Source: Nemertoderma westbladi (lineage: Eukaryota > Animalia > Xenacoelomorpha). Taken from it: a stretch of 64,000 nt of DNA. A model generated the notes under the pieces. The model searched no databases. It had not been told where the DNA came from and saw nothing but the letters and a program-made list of their open reading frames with translations. The translations under genes and the position numbers were made by a program. This document shows, in pieces, positions 7,601-23,579 of this stretch. The DNA is taken from assembly GCA_032718475.1 (NCBI GenBank), contig JAUCBJ010008467.1, forward strand, positions 62,001 through 126,000, in the 5' to 3' direction. Within the stretch, counting starts at the first letter, position 1. Every line of letters starts with the position of its first letter.

Positions 7601-10600
7601 GTAATTCAATGCTATGATCGCCCTACAATAATAACATTTGTAATTCAATGCTATGCTCGGGCTACAATAATAACATTTGTACTTCAATGCTATGCTCGCC
7701 CTACATTAATAACATTTGTACTTCAATGCTATGCTCGCCCTACAATAATAACATTTGTAATTCAATGCTATGATCGCCCTACAATAATAACATTTGTACT
7801 TCAATGCTATGCTCGGGCTCGCCCTACAATAATAACATTTGTACTTCAATGCTATGCTCGCCCTACAATAATAACATTTGTACTTCAATGCTATGCACGG
7901 GCTACAATAATAACATTTGTACTTCAATGCTATGCTCGGGCTACAATAATAACATTTGTACTTCAATGCTATGCTCGCCCTACAATAATAACATTTGTAC
8001 TTCAATGCTATGCTCGGGCTACAATAATAACATTCGTACTTCAATGCTATGCTCGCCCTACATTAATAACATTTGTACTTCAATGCTATGCTCGGGCTAC
8101 AATAATAACATTTGTACTTCAATGCTATGCTCGGGCTCGCCCTACAATAATAACATTTGTACTTCAATGCTATGCTCGGGCTCGCCCTACAATAATAATA
8201 TTTGTACTTCAATGCTATGCTCGGGCTACAATAATAACATTTGTACGTCAATGCTATGCTCGGGCTACAATAATAACATTTGTACTTCAATGCTATGCTC
8301 GGGCTCGCCCTACAATAATAACATTTGTACTTCAATGCTATGCTCGGGCTACAATAATAACATTTGTACTTCAATGCTATGCTCGGGCTACAATAATAAC
8401 ATTTGCACTTCAATGCTATGCTCGGGCTCGCCCCACAATAATAACATTTGTACTTCAATGCTATGCTCGGGCTACAATAATAACATTTGTACTTCAATGC
8501 TATGCTCGCCCTACAATAATAACATTTGTACTTCAATGCGATGCTCGGGCTACAATAATAACATTTGTACTTCAATGCTATGCTCGGGCTCGCCCTACAA
8601 TAATAACATTTGTACTTCAATGCTATGCTCGGGCTACAATAATAACATTTATACTTCAATGCTATGCTCGGGCTACAATAATAACATTTGTACTACAATG
8701 CTATGCTCGGGCTACAATAATAACATTTGTACTACAATGCTATGCTCGGGCTACAATAATAACATTTGTACTTCAATGCTATGCTCGGGCTCGCCTTACA
8801 ATAATAACATTTGTACTTCAATGCTATGCTCGCCCTACAATAATAACATTTGTACTTCAATGCTATGCTCGGGCTACAATAATAACATTTGTACTTAAAT
8901 GCTATGCTCGCCCTACAATAATAACATTTGTACTTCAATGCTATGCTCGGGCTCGCCCTACAATAATAACATTTGTACTTCAATGCTATGCTCGCCCTAC
9001 AATAATAATATTTGTACTCCAATGCTATGCTCGGGCTACAATAATAACATTTGTACTTCAATGCTATGCTCGGGCTACAATAATAACATTTGTACTTCAA
9101 TGCTATGCTCGGGCTCGCCCTACAATAATAACATTTGTACTTCAATGCTATGCCAGGGCTACAATAATAACATTTGTACTTCAATGCTACGCTCGGGCTA
9201 CAATAATAACATTTGTACTTCAATGCTATGCTCGGGCTACAATAATAACATTTGTACTTCAATGCTATGCTCGCCCTACATTAATAACATTTGTACTTCA
9301 ATGCTATGCTCGCCCTACAATAATAACATTTGTACTTCAATGCTATGCTCGGGCTCGCCTTACAATAATAACATTTGTACTTCAATGCTATGCCTGGGCT
9401 ACAATAATAACATTTGTACTTCAATGCTATGCTCGGGCTCGCCCTACAATAATAACATTTGTACTTCAATGCTATGCTCGGGCTACAATAATAACATTTG
9501 TACTTCAATGCTATGCTCGGGCTACAATAATAACATTTGCACTTCAATGCTATGCTCGGGCTACAATAATAACATTTGTACTTCAATGCTATGCTCGGGC
9601 TACAATAATAACATTTGTAATTCAATGCTATGCTCGCCCTACAATAATAACATTTGTACTTCAATGCTATGCTCGGGCTACAATAATAACATTTGTACTT
9701 CAATGCTATGCTCGGGCTCGCCCTACAATAATAACATTTGTACTTCAATGCTATGCTCGCCCTACAATAATAACATTTGTAATTCAATGCTATGATCGCC
9801 CTACAATAATAACATTTGTACTTCAATGCTATGCTCGGGCTACAATAATAACATTTGTATTTCAATGCTATGCTCGCCCTACAATAATAACATTTGTACT
9901 TCAATGCTATGCTCGGGCTACAATAATAACATTTGTACTTCAATGCTATGCTCGGGCTACAATAATAACATTTGTACTTCAATGCTATGCTCGCCCTACA
10001 ATAATAACATTTGTACTTCAATGCTATGCTCGGGCTTGCCCTACAATAATAACATTTGTACTTCAAAGCTATGCTCGGGCTCGCCCTACAATAATAACAT
10101 TTGTACTTCAATGCTATGCTCGGGCTACAATAATAACATTTGTACTTCAATGCTATGCTCGGGCTACAATAATAACATTTGTACTTCAATGCTATGCTCG
10201 GGCTCGCCCTACAATAATAACATTTGTACTTCAATGCTATGCTCGCCCTACAATAATATCATTTGTAATTCAATGCTATGATCGCCCTACAATAATAACA
10301 TTTGTACTTCAATGCTATGCTCGGGCTACAATAATAACATTTGTACTTCAATGCTATGCTCGCCCTACAATAATAACATTTGTACTTCAATGCTATGCTC
10401 GGGCTACAATAATAACATTTGTACTTCAATGCTATGCTCGGGCTGCAATAATAACATTTGTACTTCAATGCTATGCTCGGGCTCGCCCTACAATAATAAC
10501 ATTTGTACTTCAATGCTATGCTCGCCCTACATTAATAACATTTGTAATTCAATGCTATGATCGCCCTACAATAATAACATTTGTAATTCAATGCTATGCT

Positions 10601-13600
10601 CGCCCTACAATAATAACATTTGTAATTCAATGCTATGATAGCCCTACAATAATAACATTTGTACTTCAATGCTATGCTCGGGCTACAATAATAACATTTG
10701 TACTTCAATGCTATGCTCGCCCTACAATAATAACATTTGTACTTCAATGCTATGCTCGGGCTACAATAATAACATTCGTACTTCAATGCTATGCTCGCCC
10801 TACATTAATAACATTTGTACTTCAATGCTATGCTCGGGCTACAATAATAACATTTGTACTTCAATGCTATGCTCGGGCTCGCCCTACAATAATAACATTT
10901 GTACTTCAATGCTTTGCTCGGGCTCGCCCTACAATAATAATATTTGTACTTCAATGCTATGCTCGGGCTACAATAATAACATTTGTACGTCAATGCTATG
11001 CTCGCCCTACAATAATAACATTTGTACTTCAATGCTATGCTCGGGCTACAATAATAACATTTGTACTTCAATGCTATGCTCGGGCTCGCCCTACAATAAT
11101 AACATTTGTACTTCAATGCTATGCTCGCCCTACAATAATAACATTTGTAATTCAATGCTATGATCGCCCTACAATAATAACATTTGTACTTCATTGCTAT
11201 GCTCGGGCTACAATAATAACATTTGTACTTCAATGCTATGCTCGCCCTACAATAATAACATTTGTACTTCAATGCTATGCTCGGGCTACAATAATAACAT
11301 TTGTACTTCAATGCTATGCTCGGGCTACAATAATAACATTTGTACTTCAATGCTATGCTCGCCCTACAATAATAACATTTGTACTTCAATGCTATGCTCG
11401 GGCTACAATAATAACATTTGTACTTCAATGCTATGCTCGGGCTACAATAATAACATTTGTACTTCAATGCTATGCTCGGGCTCGCCCTACAATAATAACA
11501 TTTGTACTTCAATGCTATGCTCGGGCTACAATAATAACATTTGTACTTCAATGCTATGCTCGGGCTACAATAATAACATTTGTACTTCAATGCTATGCTC
11601 GGGCTACAATAATAACATTTGTACTTCAATGCTATGCTCGCCCTACAATAATAACATTTGTACTTCAATGCTATGCTCGGGCTACAATAATAACATTTGT
11701 ACTTCAATGCTATGCTCGGGCTACAATAATAACATTTGTACTTCAATGCTATGCTCGGGCTCGCCCTACAATTATAACATTTGTACTTCAATGCTATGCC
11801 AGGGCTACAATAATAACATTTGTACTTCAATGCTATGCTCGGGCTACAATAATAACATTTGTACTTCAATGCTATGCTCGGGCTACAATAATAACATTTG
11901 TACTTCAATGCTATGCTTGCCCTACATTAATAACATTTGTACTTCAATGCTATGCTCGCTCTACAATAATAACATTTGTACTTCAATGCTATGCTCGGGC
12001 TCGCCCTACAATAATAACATTTGTACTTCAATGCTATGCTCGGGCTCGCCCTACAATAATAACATTTGTACTTCAATGCTATGCTCGGGCTACAATAATA
12101 ACATTTGTACTTCAATGCTATGCTCGGGCTACAATAATAACATTTGTACTTCAATGCTATGCTCGGGCTACAATAATAACATTTGTACTTCAATGCTATG
12201 CTCGGGCTACAATAATAACATTTGCACTTCAATGCTATGCTCGGGCTACAATAATAACATTTATACTTCAATGCTATGCTCGGGCTACAATAATAACATT
12301 TGTACTTCAATGCTATGCTCGGGCTACAATAATAACATTTGTACTTCAATGCTATGCTCGGGCTACAATAATAACATTTGTACTTCAATGCTATGCTCGG
12401 GCTACAATAATAACATTTGTACTTCAATGCTATGCTCGCCCTACAATAATAACATTTGTACTTCAATGCTATGCTCGGGCTACAATAATAACATTTGTAC
12501 TTCAATGCTATGCTCGGGCTACAATAATAACATTTGTACTTCAATGCTATGCTCGGGCTCGCCCTACAATAATAACATTTGTACTTCAATGCTATGCTCG
12601 GGCTACAATAATAACATTTGTACTTCAATGCTATGCTCGCCCTACAATAATAACATTTGTACTTCAATGCTATGCTCGGGCTGCCCTACAATAATAACAT
12701 TTGTACTTCAATGCTATGCTCGGGCTACAATAATAACATTTGTACTTCAATGCTATGCTCGGGCTACAATAATAACATTTGTACTTCAATGCTATGCTCG
12801 CGCTACATAATAACATTTGTACTTCAATGCTATGCTCGGGCTCGCCCTACAATAATAACATTTGTACTTCAATGCTATGCTCGGGCTACAATAATAACAT
12901 TTGTACTTCAATGCTATGCTCGGGCTACAATAATAACATTTGTACTTCAATGCTATGCTCGGGCTACAATAATAACATTTGTACTTCAATGCTATGCTCG
13001 CCCTACAATAATAACATTTGTACTTCAATGCTATGCTTGGGCTACAATAATAACATTTGTACTTCAATGCTATGCTCGGGCTACAATAATAACATTTGTA
13101 CTTCAATGCTATGCTCGGGCCTGCCCTACAATAATAACATTTGTACTTCAATGCTATGCTCGGGCTACAATAATAACATTTGTACTTCAATGCTATGCTC
13201 GGGCTACAATAATAACATTTGTACTTCAATGCTATGCTCGGGCTCGCCCTACAATAATAACATTTGTACTTCAATGCTATGCTCGGGCTACAATAATAAC
13301 ATTTGTGCTTCAATGCTATGCTCGGGCTACAATAATAACATTTGTACTTCAATGCTATGCTCGGGCTCGCCCTACAATAATAACATTTGTACTTCAATGC
13401 TATGCTCGGACTACAATAATAACATTTGTACTTCAATGCTATACTCGGGCTCGCCCTACAATAATAACATTTGTACTTCAATGCTATGCTCGCCCTACAA
13501 TAATAACATTTGTACTTCAATGCTATGCTCGGGCTCGCCCTACAATAATAACATTTGTACTTCAATGCTATGCTCGGGCTCGCCCTACAATAATAACATT

Positions 13601-16600
13601 TGTACTTCAATGCTATGCTCGGGCTCGCCCTACAATAATAACATTTGTACTTTAATGCTAAGCTCGGGCTCGCCCTACAATAATAACATTTGTACTTCAA
13701 TGCTATGCTCGTGCTCGCCCTACAATAATAACATTTGTACTTCAATGCTATGCTCGGGTTCGCCCTACAATAATAACATTTGTACTTCGATGCTATGCTC
13801 GGGCTCGCCCTACAATAATAACATTTGTACTTCAAAGCTATGCTGGGGCTCGCCCTACAATAATAACATTTGTACTTCAATTCTATGCTCGGGCTCGCCC
13901 TACAATAATAACATTTGTACTTCAATGCTATGCTCGGGCTCGCCCTACAATAATAACATTTGTACTTCAATGCTATGCTCGGGCTACAATAATAACATTT
14001 GTACTTCAATGCTATGCTCGCCCTACAATAATAACATTTGTACTTCAATGCTATGCTCGGGCTCGCCCTACAATAATAACATTTGTACTTCAATGCTATG
14101 CTCGGGCTACAATAATAACATTTGTACGTCAATGCTGTGCTCGGCCTCGCCCTACAATAATAACATTTGTACTTCAATGCTATGCTCGCCCTACAATAAT
14201 AACATTTGTACTTCAATGCTATGCTCGGGCTCGCCCTACAATAATAACATTTGTACTTCAATGCTATGCTCGGGCTACAATAATAACATTTGTACTTCAA
14301 TGCTATGCTCGGGCTACAATAATAACATTTGTACTTCAATGCTATGCTCGGGCTACAACAATAACATTTGTACTTCAATGCTATGCTCGGGCTTCAATAA
14401 TAACATTTGTACTTCAATGCTATGCTCGGGCTACAATAATAACATTTGTACTTCAATGCTATGCTCGGGCTACAATAATAACATTTGTACTTCAATGCTA
14501 TGCTCGGGCTACAATAATAACATTTGTACTTCAATGCTATGCTCGGGCTACAATAATAACATTTGTACTTCAATGCTATGCTCGGGCTACAATAATAACA
14601 TTTGTACTTCAATGATATGCTCGGGCTCGCCCTACAATAATAACATTTGTAATTCAATGCTATGATCGCCCTACAATAATAACATTTGTACTTCAATGCT
14701 ATGCTCGGGCTACAATAATAACATTTGTACTTCAATGCTATGCTCGCCCTACAATAATAACATTTGTACTTCAATGCTATGCTCGGGCTACAATAATAAC
14801 ATTTGTACTTCAATGCTATGCTCGGGCTACAATAATAACATTTGTACTTCAATGCTATGCTCGCCCTACAATAATAACATTTGTACTTCAATGCTATGCT
14901 CGGGCTTGCCCTACAATAATAACATTTGTACTTCAAAGCTATGCTCGGGCTCGCCCTACAATAATAACGTTTGTACTTCAATGCTATGCTCGGGCTACAA
15001 TAATAACATTTGTACTTCAATGCTATGCTCGGGCTACAATAATAACATTTGTACTTCAATGCTATGCTCGGGCTCGCCCTACAATAATAACATTTGTACT
15101 TCAATGCTATGCTCGCCCTACAATAATAACATTTGTAATTCAATGCTATGATCGCCCTACAATAATAACATTTGTACTTCAATGCTATGCTCGGGCGACA
15201 ATAATAACATTTGTACTTCAATGCTATGCTCGCCCTACAATAATAACATTTGTACTTCAATGCTATGCTCGGGCTACAATAATAACATTTGTACTTCAAT
15301 GCTATGCTCGTGCTACAATAATAACATTTGTACTTCAATGCTATGCTCGGGCTCGCCCTACAATAATAACATTTGTACTTCAATGCTATGCTCGCCCTAC
15401 AATAATAACATTTGTAATTCAATGCTATGATCGCCCTACAATAATAACATTTGTAATTCAATGCTATGATCGCCCTACAATAATAACATTTGTACTTCAA
15501 TGCTATGCTCGGGCTACAATAATAACATTTGTACTTCAATGCTATGCTCGCCCTACAATAATAACATTTGTACTTCAATGCTATGCTCGGGCTACAATAA
15601 TAATATTTGTACTTCAATGCTATGCTCGGGCTACAATAATAACATTTGTACTTCAATGCTATGCTCGGGCTCGCCCTACAATAATAACATTTGTACTTCA
15701 ATGCTATGCTCGGGCTACAATAATAACATTTGTACTTCAATGCTATGCTCGGGCTACAATAATAACTTTTGTACTTCAATGCTATGCTCGCCCTACAATA
15801 ATAACATTTGTACTTCAATGCTATGCTCGGGCTACAATAATAACATTTGTATTTCAATGCTATGCTCGCCCTACAATAATAACATTTGTACTTCAATGCT
15901 ATGCTCGGGCTACAATAATAACATTTGTACTTCAATGCTATGCTCGGGCTACAATAATAACATTTGTACTTCAATGCTATGCTCGCCCTACAATAATAAC
16001 ATTTGTACTTCAATGCTATGCTCGGGCTTGCCCTACAATAATAACATTTGTACTTCAAAGCTATGCTCGGGCTCGCCCTACAATAATAACATTTGTACTT
16101 CAATGCTATGCTCGGGCTACAATAATAACATTTGTACTTCAATGCTATGCTCGGGCTACAATAATAACATTTGTACTTCAATGCTATGCTCGGGCTCGCC
16201 CTACAATAATAACATTTGTACTTCAATGCTATGCTCGCCCTACAATAATAACATTTGTAATTCAATGCTATGATCGCCCTACAATAATAACATTTGTACT
16301 TCAATGCTATGCTCGGGCTACAATAATAACATTTGTACTTCAATGCTATGCTCGCCCTACAATAATAACATTTGTACTTCAATGCTATGCTCGGGCTACA
16401 ATAATAACATTTGTACTTCAATGCTATGCTCGGGCTGCAATAATAACATTTGTACTTCAATGCTATGCTCGGGCTCGCCCTACAATAATAACATTTGTAC
16501 TTCAATGCTATGCTCGCCCTACATTAATAACATTTGTAATTCAATGCTATGATCGCCCTACAATAATAACATTTGTAATTCAATGCTATGCTCGCCCTAC

Positions 16601-19600
16601 AATAATAACATTTGTAATTCAATGCTATGATAGCCCTACAATAATAACATTTGTACTTCAATGCTATGCTCGGGCTACAATAATAACATTTGTACTTCAA
16701 TGCTATGCTCGCCCTACAATAATAACATTTGTACTTCAATGCTATGCTCGGGCTACAATAATAACATTCGTACTTCAATGCTATGCTCGCCCTACATTAA
16801 TAACATTTGTACTTCAATGCTATGCTCGGGCTACAATAATAACATTTGTACTTCAATGCTATGCTCGGGCTCGCCCTACAATAATAACATTTGTACTTCA
16901 ATGCTTTGCTCGGGCTCGCCCTACAATAATAATATTTGTACTTCAATGCTATGCTCGGGCTACAATAATAACATTTGTACGTCAATGCTATGCTCGGGTT
17001 ACAATAATAACATTTGTACTTCAATGCTATGCTCGCCCTACAATAATAACATTTGTACTTCAATGCTATGCTCGGGCTACAATAATAACATTTGTACTTC
17101 AATGCTATGCTCGGGCTCGCCCTACAATAATAACATTTGTACTTCAATGCTATGCTCGCCCTACAATAATAACATTTGTAATTCAATGCTATGATCGCCC
17201 TACAATAATAACATTTGTACTTCATTGCTATGCTCGGGCTACAATAATAACATTTGTACTTCAATGCTATGCTCGCCCTACAATAATAACATTTGTACTT
17301 CAATGCTATGCTCGGGCTACAATAATAACATTTGTACTTCAATGCTATGCTCGGGCTACAATAATAACATTTGTACTTCAATGCTATGCTCGCCCTACAA
17401 TAATAACATTTGTACTTCAATGCTATGCTCGGGCTACAATAATAACATTTGTACTTCAATGCTATGCTCGGGCTACAATAATAACATTTGTACTTCAATG
17501 CTATGCTCGGGCTCGCCCTACAATAATAACATTTGTACTTCAATGCTATGCTCGGGCTACAATAATAACATTTGTACTTCAATGCTATGCTCGGGCTACA
17601 ATAATAACATTTGTACTTCAATGCTATGCTCGGGCTACAATAATAACATTTGTACTTCAATGCTATGCTCGCCCTACAATAATAACATTTGTACTTCAAT
17701 GCTATGCTCGAGCTACAATAATAACATTTGTACTTCAATGCTATGCTCGGGCTACAATAATAACATTTGTACTTCAATGCTATGCTCGGGCTCGCCCTAC
17801 AATTATAACATTTGTACTTCAATGCTATGCCAGGGCTACAATAATAACATTTGTACTTCAATGCTATGCTCGGGCTACAATAATAACATTTGTACTTCAA
17901 TGCTATGCTCGGGCTACAATAATAACATTTGTACTTCAATGCTATGCTCGCCCTACATTAATAACATTTGTACTTCAATGCTATGCTCGCCCTACAATAA
18001 TAACATTTGTACTTCAATGCTATGCTCTTGCTCGCCCTACAATAATAACATTTGTACTTCAATGCTATGCTCGGGCTCGCCCTACAATAATAACATTTGT
18101 ACTTCAATGCTATGCTCGTTCTACAATAATAACATTTGTACTTCAATGCTATGCTCGGGCTACAATAATAACATTTGTACTTCAATGCTATGCTCGGGCT
18201 ACAATAATAACATTTGTACTTCAATGCTATGCTCGGGCTACAATAATAACATTTGCACTTCAATGCTATGCTCGGGCTACAATAATAACATTTATACTTC
18301 AATGCTATGCTCGGGCTACAATAATAACATTTGTACTTCAATGCTATGCTCGGGCTACAATAATAACATTTGTACTTCAATGCTATGCTCGGGCTACAAT
18401 AATAACATTTGTACTTCAATGCTATGCTCGGGCTACAATAATAACATTTGTACTTCAATGCTATGCTCGCCCTACAATAATAACATTTGTACTTCAATGC
18501 TATGCTCGGGCTACAATAATAACATTTGTACTTCAATGCTATGCTCGGGCTACAATAATAACATTTGTACTTCAATGCTATGCTCGGGCTACAATAATAA
18601 CATTTGTACTTCAATGCTATGCTCGGGCTACAATAATAACATTTGTACTTCAATGCTATGCTCGGGCTACAATAATAACATTTGTACTTCAATGCTATGC
18701 TCGGGCTACAATAATAACATTTGTACTTCAATGATATGCTCGGGCTCGCCCTACAATAATAACATTTGTAATTCAATGCTATGATCGCCCTACAATAATA
18801 ACATTTGTACTTCAATGCTATGCTCGGGCTACAATAATAACATTTGTACTTCAATGCTATGCTCGCCCTACAATAATAACATTTGTACTTCAATGCTATG
18901 TTCGGGCTACAATAATAACATTTGTACTTCAATGCTATGCTCGGGCTACAATAATAACATTTGTACTTCAATGCTATGCTCGCCCTACAATAATAACATT
19001 TGTACTTCAATGCTATGCTCGGGCTTGCCCTACAATAATAACATTTGTACTTCAAAGCTATGCTCGGGCTCGCCCTACAATAATAACGTTTGTACTTCAA
19101 TGCTATGCTCGGGCTACAATAATAACATTTGTACTTCAATGCTATGCTCGGGCTACAATAATAACATTTGTACTTCAATGCTATGCTCGGGCTCGCCCTA
19201 CAATAATAACATTTGTACTTCAATGCTATGCTCGCCCTACAATAATAACATTTGTAATTCAATGCTATGATCGCCCTACAATAATAACATTTGTACTTCA
19301 ATGCTATGCTCGGGCGACAATAATAACATTTGTACTTTAATGCTATGCTCGCCCTACAATAATAACATTTGTACTTCAATGCTATGCTCGGGCTACAATA
19401 ATAACATTTGTACTTCAATGCTATGCTCGTGCTACAATAATAACATTTGTACTTCAATGCTATGCTCGGGCTCGCCCTACAATAATAACATTTGTACTTC
19501 AATGCTATGCTCGCCCTACAATAATAACATTTGTAATTCAATGCTATGATCGCCCTACAATAATAACATTTGTACTTCAATGCTATGCTCGGGCTACAAT

Positions 19601-22600
19601 AATAACATTTGTACTTCAATGCTATGCTCGGGCTACAATAATAACATTTGTACTTCAATGCTATGCTCGTGCTACAATAATAACATTTGTACTTCAATGC
19701 TATGCTCGGGCTCGCCCTACAATAATAACATTTGTACTTCAATGCTATGCTCGCCCTACAATAATAACATTTGTAATTCAATGCTATGATCGCCCTACAA
19801 TAATAACATTTGTACTTCAATGCTATGCTCGGGCTACAATAATAACATTTGTACTTCAATGCTATGCTCGCCCTACAATAATAACATTTGTACTTCAATG
19901 CTATGCTCGGGCTACAATAATAATATTTGTACTTCAATGCTATGCTCGGGCTACAATAATAACATTTGTACTTCAATGCTATGCTCGGGCTCGCCCTACA
20001 ATAATAACATTTGTACTTCAATGCTATGCTCGGGCTACAATAATAACATTTGTACTTCAATGCTATGCTCGGGCTACAATAATAACTTTTGTACTTCAAT
20101 GCTATGCTCGCCCTACAATAATAACATTAGTACTTCAATGCTATGCTTGGGCTACAATAATAACATTTGTACTTCAATGCTATGCTCGCCCTACAATAAT
20201 AACATTTGTACGTCAATGCTATGCTCGGGCTCGCCCTACAATAATAACATTTGTACTTCAATGCTATGCTCGGGCTACAATAATAACATTTGTACTTCAA
20301 TGCTATGCTCGCCCTACAATAATAACATTTGTACTTCAATGCTATGCTCGGGCTCGCCCTACAATAATAACATTTGTACTTCAATGCTATGCTCGGGCTC
20401 GCCCTACAATAATAACATTTGTACTTCAATGCTATGCTCGGGCTACAATAATAACATTTGTACTTCAATGCTATGCTCGGGCTCGCCCTACAATAATAAC
20501 ATTTGTACTTCAATGCTATGCTCGGGCTCGCCCTACAATAATAACATTTGTACTTCAATGCTATGCTCGGGCTCGCCCTACAATAATAACATTTGTACTT
20601 CAATGCTATGCTCGGGCTCGCCCTACAATAATAACATTTGTATTTCAATGCTATGCTCGCCCTACAATAATAACATTTGTACTACAATGCTATGCTCGGG
20701 CTCGCCCTACAATAATAACATTTGTACTTCAATGCTATGCTCGGGCTACAATAATAACATTTGTACTTCAATGCTATGCTCGCCCTACATTAATAACATT
20801 TGTACTTCAATGCTATGCTCGCCCTACATTAATAACATTTGTACTTCAATGCTATGCTCGGGCTCGCCCTACAATAATAACATTTGTACTTCAATGCTAT
20901 GCTCGCCCAACAATAATAACATTTGTACTACAATGCTATGCTCGGGCTCGCCCTACAATAATAACATTTGTACTTCAATGCTATGCTCGGGCTCGCCCTA
21001 CAATAATAACATTTGTACTTCAATGCTATGCTCGCCCTACATTAATAACATTTGTAATTCAATGCTATGCTCTTCCTACAATAATAACATTTGTACTTCA
21101 ATGCTATGCTCGCCCTACAATAATAACATTTGTACTTCAATGCTATGCTCGTCCTACAATAATAACATTTGTACTTCAATGCTATGCTCGGGCTACAATA
21201 ATAACATTTGTACTTCAATGCTATGCTCGGGCTACAATAATAACATTTGTACTTCAATGCTATGCTCGGGCTCGCCCTACAATAATAACATTTGTACTTC
21301 AATGCTATGCTCGGGCTACAATAATAACATTTGTGCTTCAATGCTATGCTCGGGCTACAATAATAACATTTGTACTTCAATGCTATGCTCGGGCTCGCCC
21401 TACAATAATAACATTTGTACTTCAATGCTATGCTCGGACTACAATAATAACATTTGTACTTCAATGCTATACTCGGGCTCGCCCTACAATAATAACATTT
21501 GTACTTCAATGCTATGCTCGCCCTACAATAATAACATTTGTACTTCAATGCTATGCTCGGGCTCGCCCTACAATAATAACATTTGTACTTCAATGCTATG
21601 CTCGGGCTCGCCCTACAATAATAACATTTGTACTTCAATGCTATGCTCGGGCTCGCCCTACAATAATAACATTTGTACTTTAATGCTAAGCTCGGGCTCG
21701 CCCTACAATAATAACATTTGTACTTCAATGCTATGCTCGTGCTCGCCCTACAATAATAACATTTGTACTTCAATGCTATGCTCGGGTTCGCCCTACAATA
21801 ATAACATTTGTACTTCAATGCTATGCTCGGGCTCGCCCTACAATAATAACATTTGTACTTCAAAGCTATGCTGGGGCTCGCCCTACAATAATAACATTTG
21901 TACTTCAATTCTATGCTCGGGCTCGCCCTACAATAATAACATTTGTACTTCAATGCTATGCTCGGGCTCGCCCTACAATAATAACATTTGTACTTCAATG
22001 CTATGCTCGGGCTACAATAATAACATTTGTACTTCAATGCTATGCTCGCCCTACAATAATAACATTTGTACTTCAATGCTATGCTCGGGCTCGCCCTACA
22101 ATAATAACATTTGTACTTCAATGCTATGCTCGGGCTACAATAATAACATTTGTACGTCAATGCTGTGCTCGGCCTCGCCCTACAATAATAACATTTGTAC
22201 TTCAATGCTATGCTCGCCCTACAATAATAACATTTGTACTTCAATGCTATGCTCGGGCTCGCCCTACAATAATAACATTTGTACTTCAATGCTATGCTCG
22301 GGCTACAATAATAACATTTGTACTTGAATGCTATGCTCGGGCTACAATAATAACATTTGTACTTCAATGCTATGCTCGGGCTACAACAATAACATTTGTA
22401 CTTCAATGCTATGCTCGGGCTTCAATAATAACATTTGTACTTCAATGCTATGCTCGGGCTACAATAATAACATTTGTACTTCAATGCTATGCTCGGGCTA
22501 CAATAATAACATTTGTACTTCAATGCTATGCTCGGGCTACAATAATAACATTTGTACTTCAATGCTATGCTCGGGCTACAATAATAACATTTGTACTTCA

Positions 22601-23579
22601 ATGCTATGCTCGGGCTACAATAATAACATTTGTACTTCAATGATATGCTCGGGCTCGCCCTACAATAATAACATTTGTAATTCAATGCTATGATCGCCCT
22701 ACAATAATAACATTTGTACTTCAATGCTATGCTCGGGCTACAATAATAACATTTGTACTTCAATGCTATGCTCGCCCTACAATAATAACATTTGTACTTC
22801 AATGCTATGTTCGGGCTACAATAATAACATTTGTACTTCAATGCTATGCTCGGGCTACAATAATAACATTTGTACTTCAATGCTATGCTCGCCCTACAAT
22901 AATAACATTTGTACTTCAATGCTATGCTCGGGCTTGCCCTACAATAATAACATTTGTACTTCAAAGCTATGCTCGGGCTCGCCCTACAATAATAACGTTT
23001 GTACTTCAATGCTATGCTCGGGCTACAATAATAACATTTGTACTTCAATGCTATGCTCGGGCTACAATAATAACATTTGTACTTCAATGCTATGCTCGGG
23101 CTCGCCCTACAATAATAACATTTGTACTTCAATGCTATGCTCGCCCTACAATAATAACATTTGTAATTCAATGCTATGATCGCCCTACAATAATAACATT
23201 TGTACTTCAATGCTATGCTCGGGCGACAATAATAACATTTGTACTTCAATGCTATGCTCGCCCTACAATAATAACATTTGTACTTCAATGCTATGCTCGG
23301 GCTACAATAATAACATTTGTACTTCAATGCTATGCTCGTGCTACAATAATAACATTTGTACTTCAATGCTATGCTCGGGCTCGCCCTACAATAATAACAT
23401 TTGTACTTCAATGCTATGCTCGCCCTACAATAATAACATTTGTAATTCAATGCTATGATCGCCCTACAATAATAACATTTGTAATTCAATGCTATGATCG
23501 CCCTACAATAATAACATTTGTACTTCAATGCTATGCTCGGGCTACAATAATAACATTTGTACTTCAATGCTATGCTCGC

